64,000 nt of DNA from an uncultured virus (IMG/VR IMGVR_UViG_3300042389_001675) (lineage: Duplodnaviria > Heunggongvirae > Uroviricota > Caudoviricetes), in the IMG/VR virus record IMGVR_UViG_3300042389_001675. One strand, written 5' to 3'. The position numbers and the translations under genes were made by a program. The notes below the pieces were generated by a model. The model saw only the letters and a list, made by a program, of their open reading frames with translations. It made no database searches and was not told the DNA's origin. The number at the start of each line of letters is the position of its first letter. Position 1 is the first letter of the stretch. Of this stretch, positions 21,687 through 31,334 are shown piece after piece.

Positions 21687-24600
21687 TTAGTTTGCGCCAC
21701 CTACGGCCGTGATATCTGATACCGTCCCTTGTCCTGTTACGACACCGGTTACCTGCAACGTACCTGACGTGATTTTCAATGTGTTGGCTTCTTCCTTCCG
21801 GGTCTCTGCTTCGATATCGCGCCCGCTGGCGGCCCGGAACCGCTCGACCAGGCTTTCCGCGGTGGGTGAATCCTTCGAGTCACCCAGTCCCAGAAACCGG
21901 GTGCGGGACATCATCCCTTCCAGTTTAGACGCGGACATACCATACCGCTCCGCCAGTTTCGACTTGGCGTCTGCGGTCGTCGCTTGTGCGTATTCGTCCG
22001 TCAGCAGATCCAGTTTGGCCAGCGCACCTACCCCTTTACCACCAATCTTGTCGTTATCCTTGAGGTCTGTCAGAACTCCGGCCACCATGGCCTGGTTGCG
22101 GCGATCCGCCGCGCTGGTACCAAACTGCCCTTTTAATTTCTGGCGATCTTCTGCCGTGGTGACACTCAAGGCATCGGCAAGCGTGTTCAGGGAAGCACTG
22201 CCCATGTCTTTCGCGCGAAAATCCGCGGCTGTCTTTTCTGCAGATTCCAGCACGTCCTTCATCGTGCCCAGCTGCTTATCAATATCAGCATCTGATAAAC
22301 CCTGAGCTTTGAGTTTTTGGCGTTCAGACTGGTACGTATCCCGCATTTTGTGCAGTTTTTGAATTTCACCCTGTTTTTCAATCTGCTGATTGTAGAGTTT
22401 GACATCGTTCTCTTTGTTGGGATCAAACCCGGCTTCGACCATCATTTTCTTTTGGTGGGCTTCCGCTGCGTCGGTTCTTCGCCGCGCCACCTGCAGCTGA
22501 CTCCGCAAGTTGCGATTATGCGGATCTTTTTCCAGGTTCGCTGCCAGCTGGGCTTCGTGGGCTTTGGCCCCTTCCAGCACGTTACGCAGATCCGACGCCT
22601 TTTTGTGTGTTGCTGGACTCATTAAACCGGGAACATTGCCCCCGCGGATCGCATCACGATAAGCTTCCGGGGTCATGCCCAGGCTGTCTGCCGCAACTTT
22701 AATATCAGCCGGTTCCAGGCGACTGATGGCAGAAAGCGAATTCAGTCCTTCCTTACTCATGCCGGAGAGTCCACGCATTCCCTGCGCCATGGCAATTAAC
22801 TTTTGCTGTTCGTCCGATAACTTGGAAACGTCAACAGGCTGCCCGGCTGCAATCTGCGCGGTGATTGCCCCAAGATCCATGCCTTTGGTCATATCATCCA
22901 GATTGATCCCTTTAACCGCCGCGGCTGAGCTCAGTGCCTGCAGGCCGGTGACTTGATCTTCCGTCGCCCCAGCGCCGATGCGGGTGCGAGCCATGTCGCG
23001 AGTGGCCTGGGTCGGTTTGATGATATTCTGGTAGGACATATCGGCGGCTCCGGCCAGATCCGATGTAGCCCCTTGCAGATCCCCCAGCAGATCTTTGGCT
23101 TTCAAGCCCAGGTAAGCCTGATAATCATCCATGTTGAGACTGCTGATGCCGTCAACATTTCGCCCCCCGGCTTTCAAGCGATTGACAATTTCCGCTTTTT
23201 CTGGGTCGCTGAGTTGTCCAAATTTTGTCGCCAGGGCCTTTTTGCCATTTTCCGTCATTGCCTGGCCGCCGCTGCCGAGCAGTCGTCCGACACTGCCGCC
23301 GTAAAAGTCATTTGCCAGTGCCTGCAGTCCGTCTTCTGCGCCCTGCGCCCGCCGCACCGCCATCAAACCAAACGCACCGCCACGTGCCACCGCTTTAGCA
23401 TCACTCAGGTATTCACTTCGCACATCCGTCATTGCGTCAAAATTGCTATCAATATCTGCAATCATTTTCTTACCGGCGGCCGACGCCATGTAGGCTTGCA
23501 TGGCTTCCCTGTTTTTACCGGCGTTACCGCCGGTGTACATTTCCAGATTTTTCCGATCCATATACTGGCTGACAATCTGTGCCCGGGCTTCCGGTGTTGC
23601 TGATTTTAATGCCGCAGCTAATGCCGGATCGTTGACATCTCCGGTCATCAGCGAACTATCCATGCCCAACGTACCCATTGCCTTTAACTGCGATTCCGCC
23701 AGCAACATGTCTTTAGAATAAGTTCGCATCTGCGCGGAACTGGTGTTATCCGCACGCCCACCCATGGCCTCTTTTAACTCTTTGGTGCGTGCATCGATCA
23801 TCGCATCCGTAGGGTCAATCAGCGCGCTGGTGATTCCGCCGCTGGCCGCGACCGTCAGGCGTGTCTGTTCCATCCGAGCCCGCTGTGCTATTTCGCGTTC
23901 TGCTGTTTTTCCTCTCGCAATATCCGCACGGTTAAACGTACCTTCCTGCTCCAGTAAACCCATTCCACCCGCCACAGACCGGACAGATAGAATATTCTTC
24001 TGCAACTCTTCCGTTTTTTTCTTGATTTCGTCCATTATCTCGACACGATCTTCTGGCGTGGCCCCAGAAAGTTTATCTTTTAGTGCAAGAATTTCTTTAT
24101 GCTTTTCCTGAATTGCCTGCATCGGAACCGTCAGCTTGTTCGCGTCTTTGGCGATGTCCGATGTAAACATATCTCCCAGCAGCGTCTGCAAATTTGCATC
24201 CGGTCCGCGGTCGCCCTGATGCTGCATTGCGGTGAAGAATCGCTGCATCAGGCTGCCTTGTGGCCCCAGGCGACCCATGGCCTCGTTTAAGCCGGACTGG
24301 GCGGTGACGATTGCAGCATTCTCTGCACGCCCTTCCCGCATGCGCTTGCCGTACACCTGCGCAAAACCTGTGGCGTCAAACCCGAAACGACCCAGCACGC
24401 TCTCCCGTGAACCGAATGCCTGATCGGCCAGACGCCCCGCCGCATCTTCGCTCAACGTAATACCCTGACCCGCGGCCGCCGCCTGGATTGCGCTGGAAAC
24501 AATTTGATTGCGTTGTCCAGGATCCTGCATTTGTGCCAATTCCATGTTATCAATTGCATCGGTAGCCGCTGCGCTCAACGCGGAAACCGCCCGACCGCGC

Positions 24601-26381
24601 GCTGGCCCGGATAACCCGCGTAAACTTTCATTGCTTACCAGCTGATTGGCAAAACTACGGGTGGCCGCCCGGTTCATTTCATGGGCTTGCTGTGCAAATG
24701 CGGCCTGCTGCCGATCCGGATTATCAAAGAGTGCCCGCAGGTTTGTCGTCCGCTGGGACAGCATCATATTGAAATCCGACGTACCCATGCCGGTAACCGC
24801 TCCGGCACCCACCAGTCGCCGAAAGTCGTTTTCCCGCGTAGGTACGTTCAAGGTCTGACCGTTGAACGTGTAGGTCGATTCGCCGCGATCAACCGCACTC
24901 AGGATCGCACGCATTTCCTGCCCGGCTGCGTTATCGGCAAAACCGCCGCTTTGTTCCAGTCGGGTCAGTACGCCCATGGCGTTACTCATCGATGAACTCA
25001 TGCTTCGACTGAACATGCCCATTGAAGCCTGTTCGGCCTGTTCCCGGCTGAGCGCCCCAAAACCCACCGCACCGCCACGCTCGGCGAATGCCATGCCCGT
25101 AGTTGCGCCAACCCGTACCGCCGCCGGATTGAAGTGCACCCCGTAGCTGCCCAGTAGTTGAGTGTTGGCCGCATTGGCGGTTTGACTCATCGCCACCAGC
25201 TGATCAATACTCTTGCCTGACAGCTGACTCATGGACTGCATATCCCGCACCATGACGTTCAGCTGGCCTGGGTCAAACCGCTGGAGTTGCCCGGAAGTCA
25301 ACGCCTTGAGGGCATTAATCAACTTGGGCATAGGGGCATTGGGATCACCGTTTTCCCCGAAGACTTCGCGCATAGCCGAAAGCGAAGTCACGTAGCCCTG
25401 CAGCTTTTCGCTGATTTGATTGACATCCGCCTTCGTCATGCGGCTGCTGATGCCCTGATTACCGCGAAACTTGGCTAAATCCGCGTTGGACAATCCAGCC
25501 AGATTCACATCGTTATTGACGTTTAAACCGACCTCCTGTCCTAATGCTGCCAGATTGGTGCCTTCTTCCCGTGCGCGCTGCAGGGTACGGATGGTGCGTT
25601 CGCGCACACTGAGTCCGCTACTCATCAGCCCTTCGGAAGCCAGTTCGCGGTAAGCACTACCCATGTCGCCTGCACGCAGACCGCGCATTTGCGCCATGTT
25701 GTCTTCGGCAAACATCTGGCCGAACACACCTTTGATTACTTCGCTGTTAGACGCAGCAGAAAACCCCATTCGCCCGGAGATTGGATCGACCCGATAGCGG
25801 TTGGCCTCCATCATCTGGGCTGCCATGGAATGCACGCTACCCCGCTCACCGGCAATGGCGTCTAAAAAATCCGGGGCAATACGGGCCAGACTGGGTGAAT
25901 AACTGGCGAGCGTATCGGCAAAACCGCGAGCGGCTTGGCGCTGGGTCGCATTAAACGGCATACCGGCCAGGTTGGCCATACCGCGCATGGTGCGGTAATA
26001 AGCCCCGGCATCCTGGCCGCCAATGTTACCGGATACCTCGTTCATCATGTTCAGGTGTTCGCGCGTGCGCATGGCCTGCATGTATGACCCGGCATTGCCC
26101 ATTGGCAGCAACCCTTGCTGGGTCATGGCGTTAGACAGAAACGCATTTCCGGCCATGCTGGCGAACATGCCGAAAGAGCCGTAACCGGAAAAATCCATAC
26201 CCCCTAGCGGCGAAACATTCGGCAAAGACATGCGGGCAATCGGATTGCTGTACTGCATGCTCATGGCGGCCAGCATGGAAGTACCGCTGTTTAACGACGC
26301 CATGCTGCCGGGCATGGATCCCGGCTGCATGGTTAACCCCATACTTTGCATCATTTCAAGTTGCTGGTATGGATCCATCAT
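21687..26381 (-). CDS. Tail tape measure protein
   Basis: 1564 aa, Ala/Gly/Met/Gln-rich, helical; follows a frameshift chaperone pair. Confidence 0.8.
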   Translation of the reverse strand: MMDPYQQLEMMQSMGLTMQPGSMPGSMASLNSGTSMLAAMSMQYSNPIARMSLPNVSPLGGMDFSGYGSFGMFASMAGNAFLSNAMTQQGLLPMGNAGSYMQAMRTREHLNMMNEVSGNIGGQDAGAYYRTMRGMANLAGMPFNATQRQAARGFADTLASYSPSLARIAPDFLDAIAGERGSVHSMAAQMMEANRYRVDPISGRMGFSAASNSEVIKGVFGQMFAEDNMAQMRGLRAGDMGSAYRELASEGLMSSGLSVRERTIRTLQRAREEGTNLAALGQEVGLNVNNDVNLAGLSNADLAKFRGNQGISSRMTKADVNQISEKLQGYVTSLSAMREVFGENGDPNAPMPKLINALKALTSGQLQRFDPGQLNVMVRDMQSMSQLSGKSIDQLVAMSQTANAANTQLLGSYGVHFNPAAVRVGATTGMAFAERGGAVGFGALSREQAEQASMGMFSRSMSSSMSNAMGVLTRLEQSGGFADNAAGQEMRAILSAVDRGESTYTFNGQTLNVPTRENDFRRLVGAGAVTGMGTSDFNMMLSQRTTNLRALFDNPDRQQAAFAQQAHEMNRAATRSFANQLVSNESLRGLSGPARGRAVSALSAAATDAIDNMELAQMQDPGQRNQIVSSAIQAAAAGQGITLSEDAAGRLADQAFGSRESVLGRFGFDATGFAQVYGKRMREGRAENAAIVTAQSGLNEAMGRLGPQGSLMQRFFTAMQHQGDRGPDANLQTLLGDMFTSDIAKDANKLTVPMQAIQEKHKEILALKDKLSGATPEDRVEIMDEIKKKTEELQKNILSVRSVAGGMGLLEQEGTFNRADIARGKTAEREIAQRARMEQTRLTVAASGGITSALIDPTDAMIDARTKELKEAMGGRADNTSSAQMRTYSKDMLLAESQLKAMGTLGMDSSLMTGDVNDPALAAALKSATPEARAQIVSQYMDRKNLEMYTGGNAGKNREAMQAYMASAAGKKMIADIDSNFDAMTDVRSEYLSDAKAVARGGAFGLMAVRRAQGAEDGLQALANDFYGGSVGRLLGSGGQAMTENGKKALATKFGQLSDPEKAEIVNRLKAGGRNVDGISSLNMDDYQAYLGLKAKDLLGDLQGATSDLAGAADMSYQNIIKPTQATRDMARTRIGAGATEDQVTGLQALSSAAAVKGINLDDMTKGMDLGAITAQIAAGQPVDVSKLSDEQQKLIAMAQGMRGLSGMSKEGLNSLSAISRLEPADIKVAADSLGMTPEAYRDAIRGGNVPGLMSPATHKKASDLRNVLEGAKAHEAQLAANLEKDPHNRNLRSQLQVARRRTDAAEAHQKKMMVEAGFDPNKENDVKLYNQQIEKQGEIQKLHKMRDTYQSERQKLKAQGLSDADIDKQLGTMKDVLESAEKTAADFRAKDMGSASLNTLADALSVTTAEDRQKLKGQFGTSAADRRNQAMVAGVLTDLKDNDKIGGKGVGALAKLDLLTDEYAQATTADAKSKLAERYGMSASKLEGMMSRTRFLGLGDSKDSPTAESLVERFRAASGRDIEAETRKEEANTLKITSGTLQVTGVVTGQGTVSDITAVGGAN

Positions 26382-26914
26382 TGCGCACGTCCTTGTTGTT
26401 TCAACCGTTTCTTACGGATCGCTTCCACTCGCTGGTTAAAGGCTTCTTGCCTTTGCTGTTCTGCCTGCTGCTGCTCCACTACCTGATTGTTGCTACTGGT
26501 CGCCCGTTGATTCAACTCGTCTTCCCAGCGGGCTTTGGCTTCCGGATCGTCCAGATCCCACCCGGCCAGCTGCTGCCACTGCGCCTTGAAGTCTGTCAGT
26601 TCCTTGGCTTTTCGGTCTGCCCGTGAACGCCAGTGCCACGGTTTTAAGCTACCTTCCAGATCAGAAAAGATCTCACGCGCTTCCCGCTGTACTTTAGTAA
26701 AGTCTTCGGTCGAGATACGAGGATTCGAGACCAAAGCCAGCTGGTACTGAAGCGCGGCCTGCAGAAGAGTGGTATAGCTTTCTTCTTCCAGCGCACGTAC
26801 CAGGTATCTCCAGTTTTTCCACCAGGACGGATCTTGCGGGTCGGCTTTACGATAGTCGATGATTCCCCGCGTAGCTGCCCGGATGGTTAAGACTGCGGCT
26901 TGGTCTCGTTCCAA
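26378..26914 (-). CDS. Tail assembly chaperone, gpT-like part (probably reached by -1 frameshift)
   Basis: Only a TTG start lying at the slippery site; -1 frame overlap with the upstream ORF. Confidence 0.7.
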   Translation of the reverse strand: MERDQAAVLTIRAATRGIIDYRKADPQDPSWWKNWRYLVRALEEESYTTLLQAALQYQLALVSNPRISTEDFTKVQREAREIFSDLEGSLKPWHWRSRADRKAKELTDFKAQWQQLAGWDLDDPEAKARWEDELNQRATSSNNQVVEQQQAEQQRQEAFNQRVEAIRKKRLKQQGRAQ

Positions 26915-27822
26915 AAATCCGGGTTATCGACGCAAGACTCCAGCTTGGCCACAAGTCGGTTGAATTTGTTACAGGTGTGCGTGATTGTCCGCTGCAGCTG
27001 TTCCGTACGAATAATCCGGTCCAGCATATAGTCCTGCACCTGCATCATGAGCGAAGGCGAGTTGGGATCACTCGGGTCTGGCTCTTTATAGTAGTTTTCC
27101 TGCTGCAGATGATCTAACCAGTAACGATTGGCTTCCGGATGCGTTTCTTTTGTCAGTCCGTCCGGTAACTTGATGTGCAGCGCACTCTGCTCCGCCGTCA
27201 ACCCAATCAACTGGAGAAATAGCCGCTGCCGATTCAGGTATTCGTAATAATCCTGCGACGTGGAAACGATACCGACTTTCTGGGCACGATAGGTTTCCTG
27301 ATAAAGCGTGTCGATTTCGCGAATTGTGAGGGTACGGAATGTCACGCGTAAACTTCCGCCGAACAAGGCGTAACGCTTTACAAACACTTTCTGGCCCAGA
27401 ATCGTCTGCAGAAACGCGACCTTATCCTGGTGATCCGGTTCAGGAATAGTCGGTACGTCCTGATCCCAGCCGCACTGAATGCACAGCTGATTGAGCGTTG
27501 CCGGTTTTTCCAGCTCGCCGGTTGCTGGTTCAGTGTTAACCGGTGGTTCTTCTGCTGCCGGTGGCGGCGGTGGTACGTCAACAGGTGGTACTTCGGTTTT
27601 AAATCCAGAATTTAAATCAGGTGGTGTTTCTGTGATCAGCGGTGTTTCTACAGTTTCAGTACCTGCAAACACAACTTCAGGCTCGACCTGCGCGGCTTGC
27701 GGTGGAGGTTTCAGCCCGTGCCCCAGCGCCGTCAGTAACTCTTCCAGGGTTTGCCCTTTCTGCTTGGCAATCTCCTGCAGCATCTGACGCTCTTCATCCG
27801 AGATGGATTGGATATCAATCAC
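26887..27822 (-). CDS. Tail assembly chaperone, gpG-like
   Basis: Start GTG 27822 behind AAGGAG; VTFRTLTIRE motif, CxxC; ends NPDFW at G-GAT-TTT. Confidence 0.7.
   Translation of the reverse strand: MIDIQSISDEERQMLQEIAKQKGQTLEELLTALGHGLKPPPQAAQVEPEVVFAGTETVETPLITETPPDLNSGFKTEVPPVDVPPPPPAAEEPPVNTEPATGELEKPATLNQLCIQCGWDQDVPTIPEPDHQDKVAFLQTILGQKVFVKRYALFGGSLRVTFRTLTIREIDTLYQETYRAQKVGIVSTSQDYYEYLNRQRLFLQLIGLTAEQSALHIKLPDGLTKETHPEANRYWLDHLQQENYYKEPDPSDPNSPSLMMQVQDYMLDRIIRTEQLQRTITHTCNKFNRLVAKLESCVDNPDFWNETKPQS
26914..26920 (-). promoter_or_regulatory. Predicted -1 ribosomal frameshift heptamer G GAT TTT
   Basis: CCG GAT TTT TGG in the 0 frame; GGA TTT TTG GAA in the -1 frame opens the next ORF. 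Confidence 0.7.
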
Positions 27823-27832
27823 CCATGTCTCC

Positions 27833-30619
27833 TTAGAGTTTGTATGTTCCATCGCATTTTTCCAGCTTCCATCCCTGAAACACCGGCATTTCGTAGCTAC
27901 CCTGATTGGCTTCCCGCGGTTTGGCTTTATCCTGATCAAACAGCAGGTATTGATCGTCGGTACCATACTGCATGAACGTGGTCCCGTCCGCCCAGTTGAT
28001 TTTGCCTGGCCACGGGTAAAGCTCGGATCCCTGATAATTGACTATCTTTTCTGTCCAAGCTTCGCCGGATTCTACCATACCCATACGCCCCAGCTGTTGC
28101 CAGCGGGTTTCCAGCATGTAGAATTTATTTGCGTCATACCCGTAAGCCTGCCCCTGATTGGATAAATCTCGATAAGAGAAGTCCAACTCATTGGCGAGCA
28201 GCGTGGTATCGCCGGGCGCTTTGCGCTGCCAGACATATTCCGTGAAATAGCCGTTAAACAACGGGGTACCAAACTCCGTGACCGTCGTGGCAAATTCGTC
28301 AAACTCGGTTATAAAATTACTGATCGCTTCAGGAATGCCATTGGCTGAGCTATCGCCGAAACCGCTGAAACCGCCTGCACACGCCAGCTGCTGCACGGCA
28401 ATAATCGATCCCATGGCGTAAACTCCGCCGTCCACGCCCAGGCTACCGCCGCGCGTGACACAGACATCACGCTCCAGGATGGCTGGTCCGTGGATTTTGG
28501 CGAAGTCCGGCCCGAAGAAATTGGATTCCGTGATATTGATATCCTGCCCGCTGGGCGAATGCCACAGCCCCATACCCTGTGTATTGAAGTGCATATGGCC
28601 AAGCGCATAAGACACAAAACTGCTACGGCCGTTGGCCACGTCCAGCACAAAATCACCCGTACTCTCCGGATTACCTTCATCGATTCCGGTGCGAAAATAC
28701 GCGGTTTTCGTGAGCATATTGACAGAGCCGCCCTTGCTCAGCAGCGTAATCCCACTGCTGATTACGTCTTCACCAATTCGCTGCTCGTAATCCTGGATAA
28801 AACCTTCACCTTTGGACTGCAGCAACATGCCACCGGTACCACCGTTTCCGGCCAGCAGCTGCATGTTATTTTCCGCTTTTAAGCGTACGTCTTTATCGCT
28901 GGAAGAAATATCCACGCTATCCTTGGCGCGGATGATTGCTTCTTTGCTGAGCGTGACCACACGTGAGCCGGAAAGCAGCATCAAATCTCCGCTGGCTTCC
29001 AGCCGAATTTGCCCGCCGCCCATGATGATCTGGGAACCGTAACCATCCCCCAGCACGATGCTGCCGTCTTCAGTCAGCGTAAAAAACGACATGGTTTTGT
29101 AATAATTGACATCGTTGTAGCGGCTATCAATTTTAAGCGGGACCGGTTCCAGCGAGACGTAGGCTTCCGCCATCTTGCCGCGATAAAACTGAACGTCGGT
29201 CAGCGGGCTGTTTGTTGTGCCTTCGTCCGGGTAAACATAATCCTTTTCGTGATAGTAAAACCCGTGTGTGCTTTTCCAGTTATAGTGACGGGTCAGCAGT
29301 TCCAGAACACCGGCAGGTCGTAGCAGGTTCGGGTACTCGCCCTCACCGGTCCAGTCCTGGACCTTGTGCTCGTAACCGCCGTCACCAAACCGTCCGCTGA
29401 ACTTGTAGTTGTTGCCTTCGCTGTAATCATCCCCTTGCGCGTCTTCCACCTGCCGCTTGCGTCGCGGATTGGGGATCAGGGGATATTTCACAAACGAAAT
29501 TTCTTTGGCGGACCGGAGTCCGTAGGCACCATCTAACGTCAGCATTTCGTTAAACAGGCCGGTATCTGGATCATCCGCAGCGGTCATCAGCCGCTTACCG
29601 CTCTCCTGTGCCGGGCACATGAGTGACCGGTTGTAGCCTTGGCCCAGGTAACCAGTATATTCTGTCAGGCGATAGACCGGTGTTTGACTGGGATCTTCCA
29701 CGTCTTCCAGTGCAAATGGAAACTGCTTGTCCAGCTGAACGTCCTGGGCATCATTTGTCTTGGAAAATTTTTCTTCCGGGGCGTACATCCCGGTGGCTTC
29801 CCACGGGTAGGTCGCGTGCCCCTTTAAGGCAAACAGTTCGCCTTCGTCGTAGTACTGCAGATTGTGTTCGCAGTACGACATGATATTCAGCGACAATCCG
29901 GCTAATTTGGCGTAGTTGTCGAAATAATTAAACCAGATACCGCAGGCCTCGTTGACCCGCAGATAAGTCTGGAACGAGTCGATCAACAGCCCAATGCCCG
30001 TTTCTGACATGCGGACATATTCACCAATCGTACCGTCCATCGGCCGTCCGCACGACTGGGATACCCAACCATGCGCCATGGCGGAAGACCGCGGGATATT
30101 GCGATAAGCCTCTACCTTCTTTACGCCCGAGTTGCCGCCTTGCTGAATCATGTCAGACGGGTTGTAATCGTCCGACATGGTGGGTGTGGGCAAGACGCAG
30201 AGGATGTAGGCCAGTCCGCTGGCGTTAGGCTTCCAGATCAGCACCGGCGAGTTTGGTGGTATCACCTCGCCTGTCTTTACACCCAGCGGAGTGTGCGAAC
30301 CGCGAGAAGCCGCCGTGGCGATGCAAACGCCCTGACGTCCGGTGAGCTGTACCTTGTAACAGTGCACATACGGTAACGCAATTAAAACCCGGCCGACACG
30401 TAACGGCGAATCCGCGTTGAGTGCATTTTTGTGGGTACCGGCGGTCAACCGTCGATTGTTGACCTGCCCACCACTGTGTTGTTGATTCCAGGGATCAGCA
30501 CCGGCTAATAAATCAGATAACTCAGTAACCGAACGCTGGGAAGGTGATAAGACCGGGTTCGACTTTTCGTTATACACCGCAGGTGTAACGTGGGGGCCTG
30601 CCCCATAATTCATCGACAT
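27833..30619 (-). CDS. Putative central spike protein (gp5/gpV-like)
   Basis: 928 aa; N-terminal OB-like GRV..YKVQ..PPNSPVL; central beta-repeat FTLTEDGSIVLGDGYGSQIIMGGGQIRLEASGD. Confidence 0.65.
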   Translation of the reverse strand: MSMNYGAGPHVTPAVYNEKSNPVLSPSQRSVTELSDLLAGADPWNQQHSGGQVNNRRLTAGTHKNALNADSPLRVGRVLIALPYVHCYKVQLTGRQGVCIATAASRGSHTPLGVKTGEVIPPNSPVLIWKPNASGLAYILCVLPTPTMSDDYNPSDMIQQGGNSGVKKVEAYRNIPRSSAMAHGWVSQSCGRPMDGTIGEYVRMSETGIGLLIDSFQTYLRVNEACGIWFNYFDNYAKLAGLSLNIMSYCEHNLQYYDEGELFALKGHATYPWEATGMYAPEEKFSKTNDAQDVQLDKQFPFALEDVEDPSQTPVYRLTEYTGYLGQGYNRSLMCPAQESGKRLMTAADDPDTGLFNEMLTLDGAYGLRSAKEISFVKYPLIPNPRRKRQVEDAQGDDYSEGNNYKFSGRFGDGGYEHKVQDWTGEGEYPNLLRPAGVLELLTRHYNWKSTHGFYYHEKDYVYPDEGTTNSPLTDVQFYRGKMAEAYVSLEPVPLKIDSRYNDVNYYKTMSFFTLTEDGSIVLGDGYGSQIIMGGGQIRLEASGDLMLLSGSRVVTLSKEAIIRAKDSVDISSSDKDVRLKAENNMQLLAGNGGTGGMLLQSKGEGFIQDYEQRIGEDVISSGITLLSKGGSVNMLTKTAYFRTGIDEGNPESTGDFVLDVANGRSSFVSYALGHMHFNTQGMGLWHSPSGQDINITESNFFGPDFAKIHGPAILERDVCVTRGGSLGVDGGVYAMGSIIAVQQLACAGGFSGFGDSSANGIPEAISNFITEFDEFATTVTEFGTPLFNGYFTEYVWQRKAPGDTTLLANELDFSYRDLSNQGQAYGYDANKFYMLETRWQQLGRMGMVESGEAWTEKIVNYQGSELYPWPGKINWADGTTFMQYGTDDQYLLFDQDKAKPREANQGSYEMPVFQGWKLEKCDGTYKL

Positions 30620-30655
30620 AAATCACCTTTTGGGTGCGTTTGGAGCTTACGCTCG

Positions 30656-30691
30656 AAAAACAGGCTGGCCTGGCAACCAAGCCAGCCTGTT
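30656..30691 (-). terminator. Intrinsic terminator after the tail tube gene
   Basis: AACAGGCTGGC/GCCAGCCTGTT stem followed by TTTTT on the minus strand. Confidence 0.8.
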
Positions 30692-30716
30692 AAAATCCGG
30701 ATTTAAGCCGGAAAGC

Positions 30717-31238
30717 TTAGGCGGCATCACAAGTCATGTTAGCGAACATCAGCGCAACGCTTTCGTTCACAATCATATCCTGCGCACCCACACCTACAGC
30801 CAGATTAACCATCACCGCGCCGGTAATGGAATACTTGACCCGGTTAATCGTGGTGGAACCCACGGCATTACCGATTCGGGCGGTGGTTCTGCCGTTGGTA
30901 TCGCAACCACCAGCGAAGGTGAAAGACAGATCCTGCGGGCTGCACACATTACCCATGCTTTCGTAGAAAGCACAAATTGCGCTGGACTGCGGACCCAGCA
31001 CACGGGCGATAGACGCCTGACCCTGTGTACGACCGCCAACATAAAACACAGGAACGGCTGTAGCTCCGGCACCACCGTTGGATACGTCGTAAATCCGGGC
31101 CACCTGCTGTGAGTAGGAAACCTGGACGTTCTGCACAATACCCAGCGCAGTGGTCGTACCGGCAATCGTCAAACCAGCGACGTCAGAAGCGAACGAACCA
31201 GCGTAAGCCGTCTTCTGCCGTGAATAAATATCTGCCAT
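30717..31238 (-). CDS. Tail tube protein
   Basis: 173 aa directly after the sheath; GIVQNVQVSYSQQVARIYDV; AAGGAG RBS. Confidence 0.8.
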   Translation of the reverse strand: MADIYSRQKTAYAGSFASDVAGLTIAGTTTALGIVQNVQVSYSQQVARIYDVSNGGAGATAVPVFYVGGRTQGQASIARVLGPQSSAICAFYESMGNVCSPQDLSFTFAGGCDTNGRTTARIGNAVGSTTINRVKYSITGAVMVNLAVGVGAQDMIVNESVALMFANMTCDAA

Positions 31239-31263
31239 GTGAGATCACTCCTTGACCCGACGA

Positions 31264-31325
31264 GCCGCGTTGCCACACGCGGCGGTTTGTTGAGAAAATG
31301 ATCCGGGGTCGGCAAACCCCGGATC
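31264..31325 (-). promoter_or_regulatory. Two stem-loops between sheath and tube genes
   Basis: GATCCGGGGT/ACCCCGGATC (31300-31325, followed by ATTTTCT) and GCCGCGT/ACGCGGC (31264-31283). Confidence 0.6.
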
Positions 31326-31334
31326 CAGGCATTA

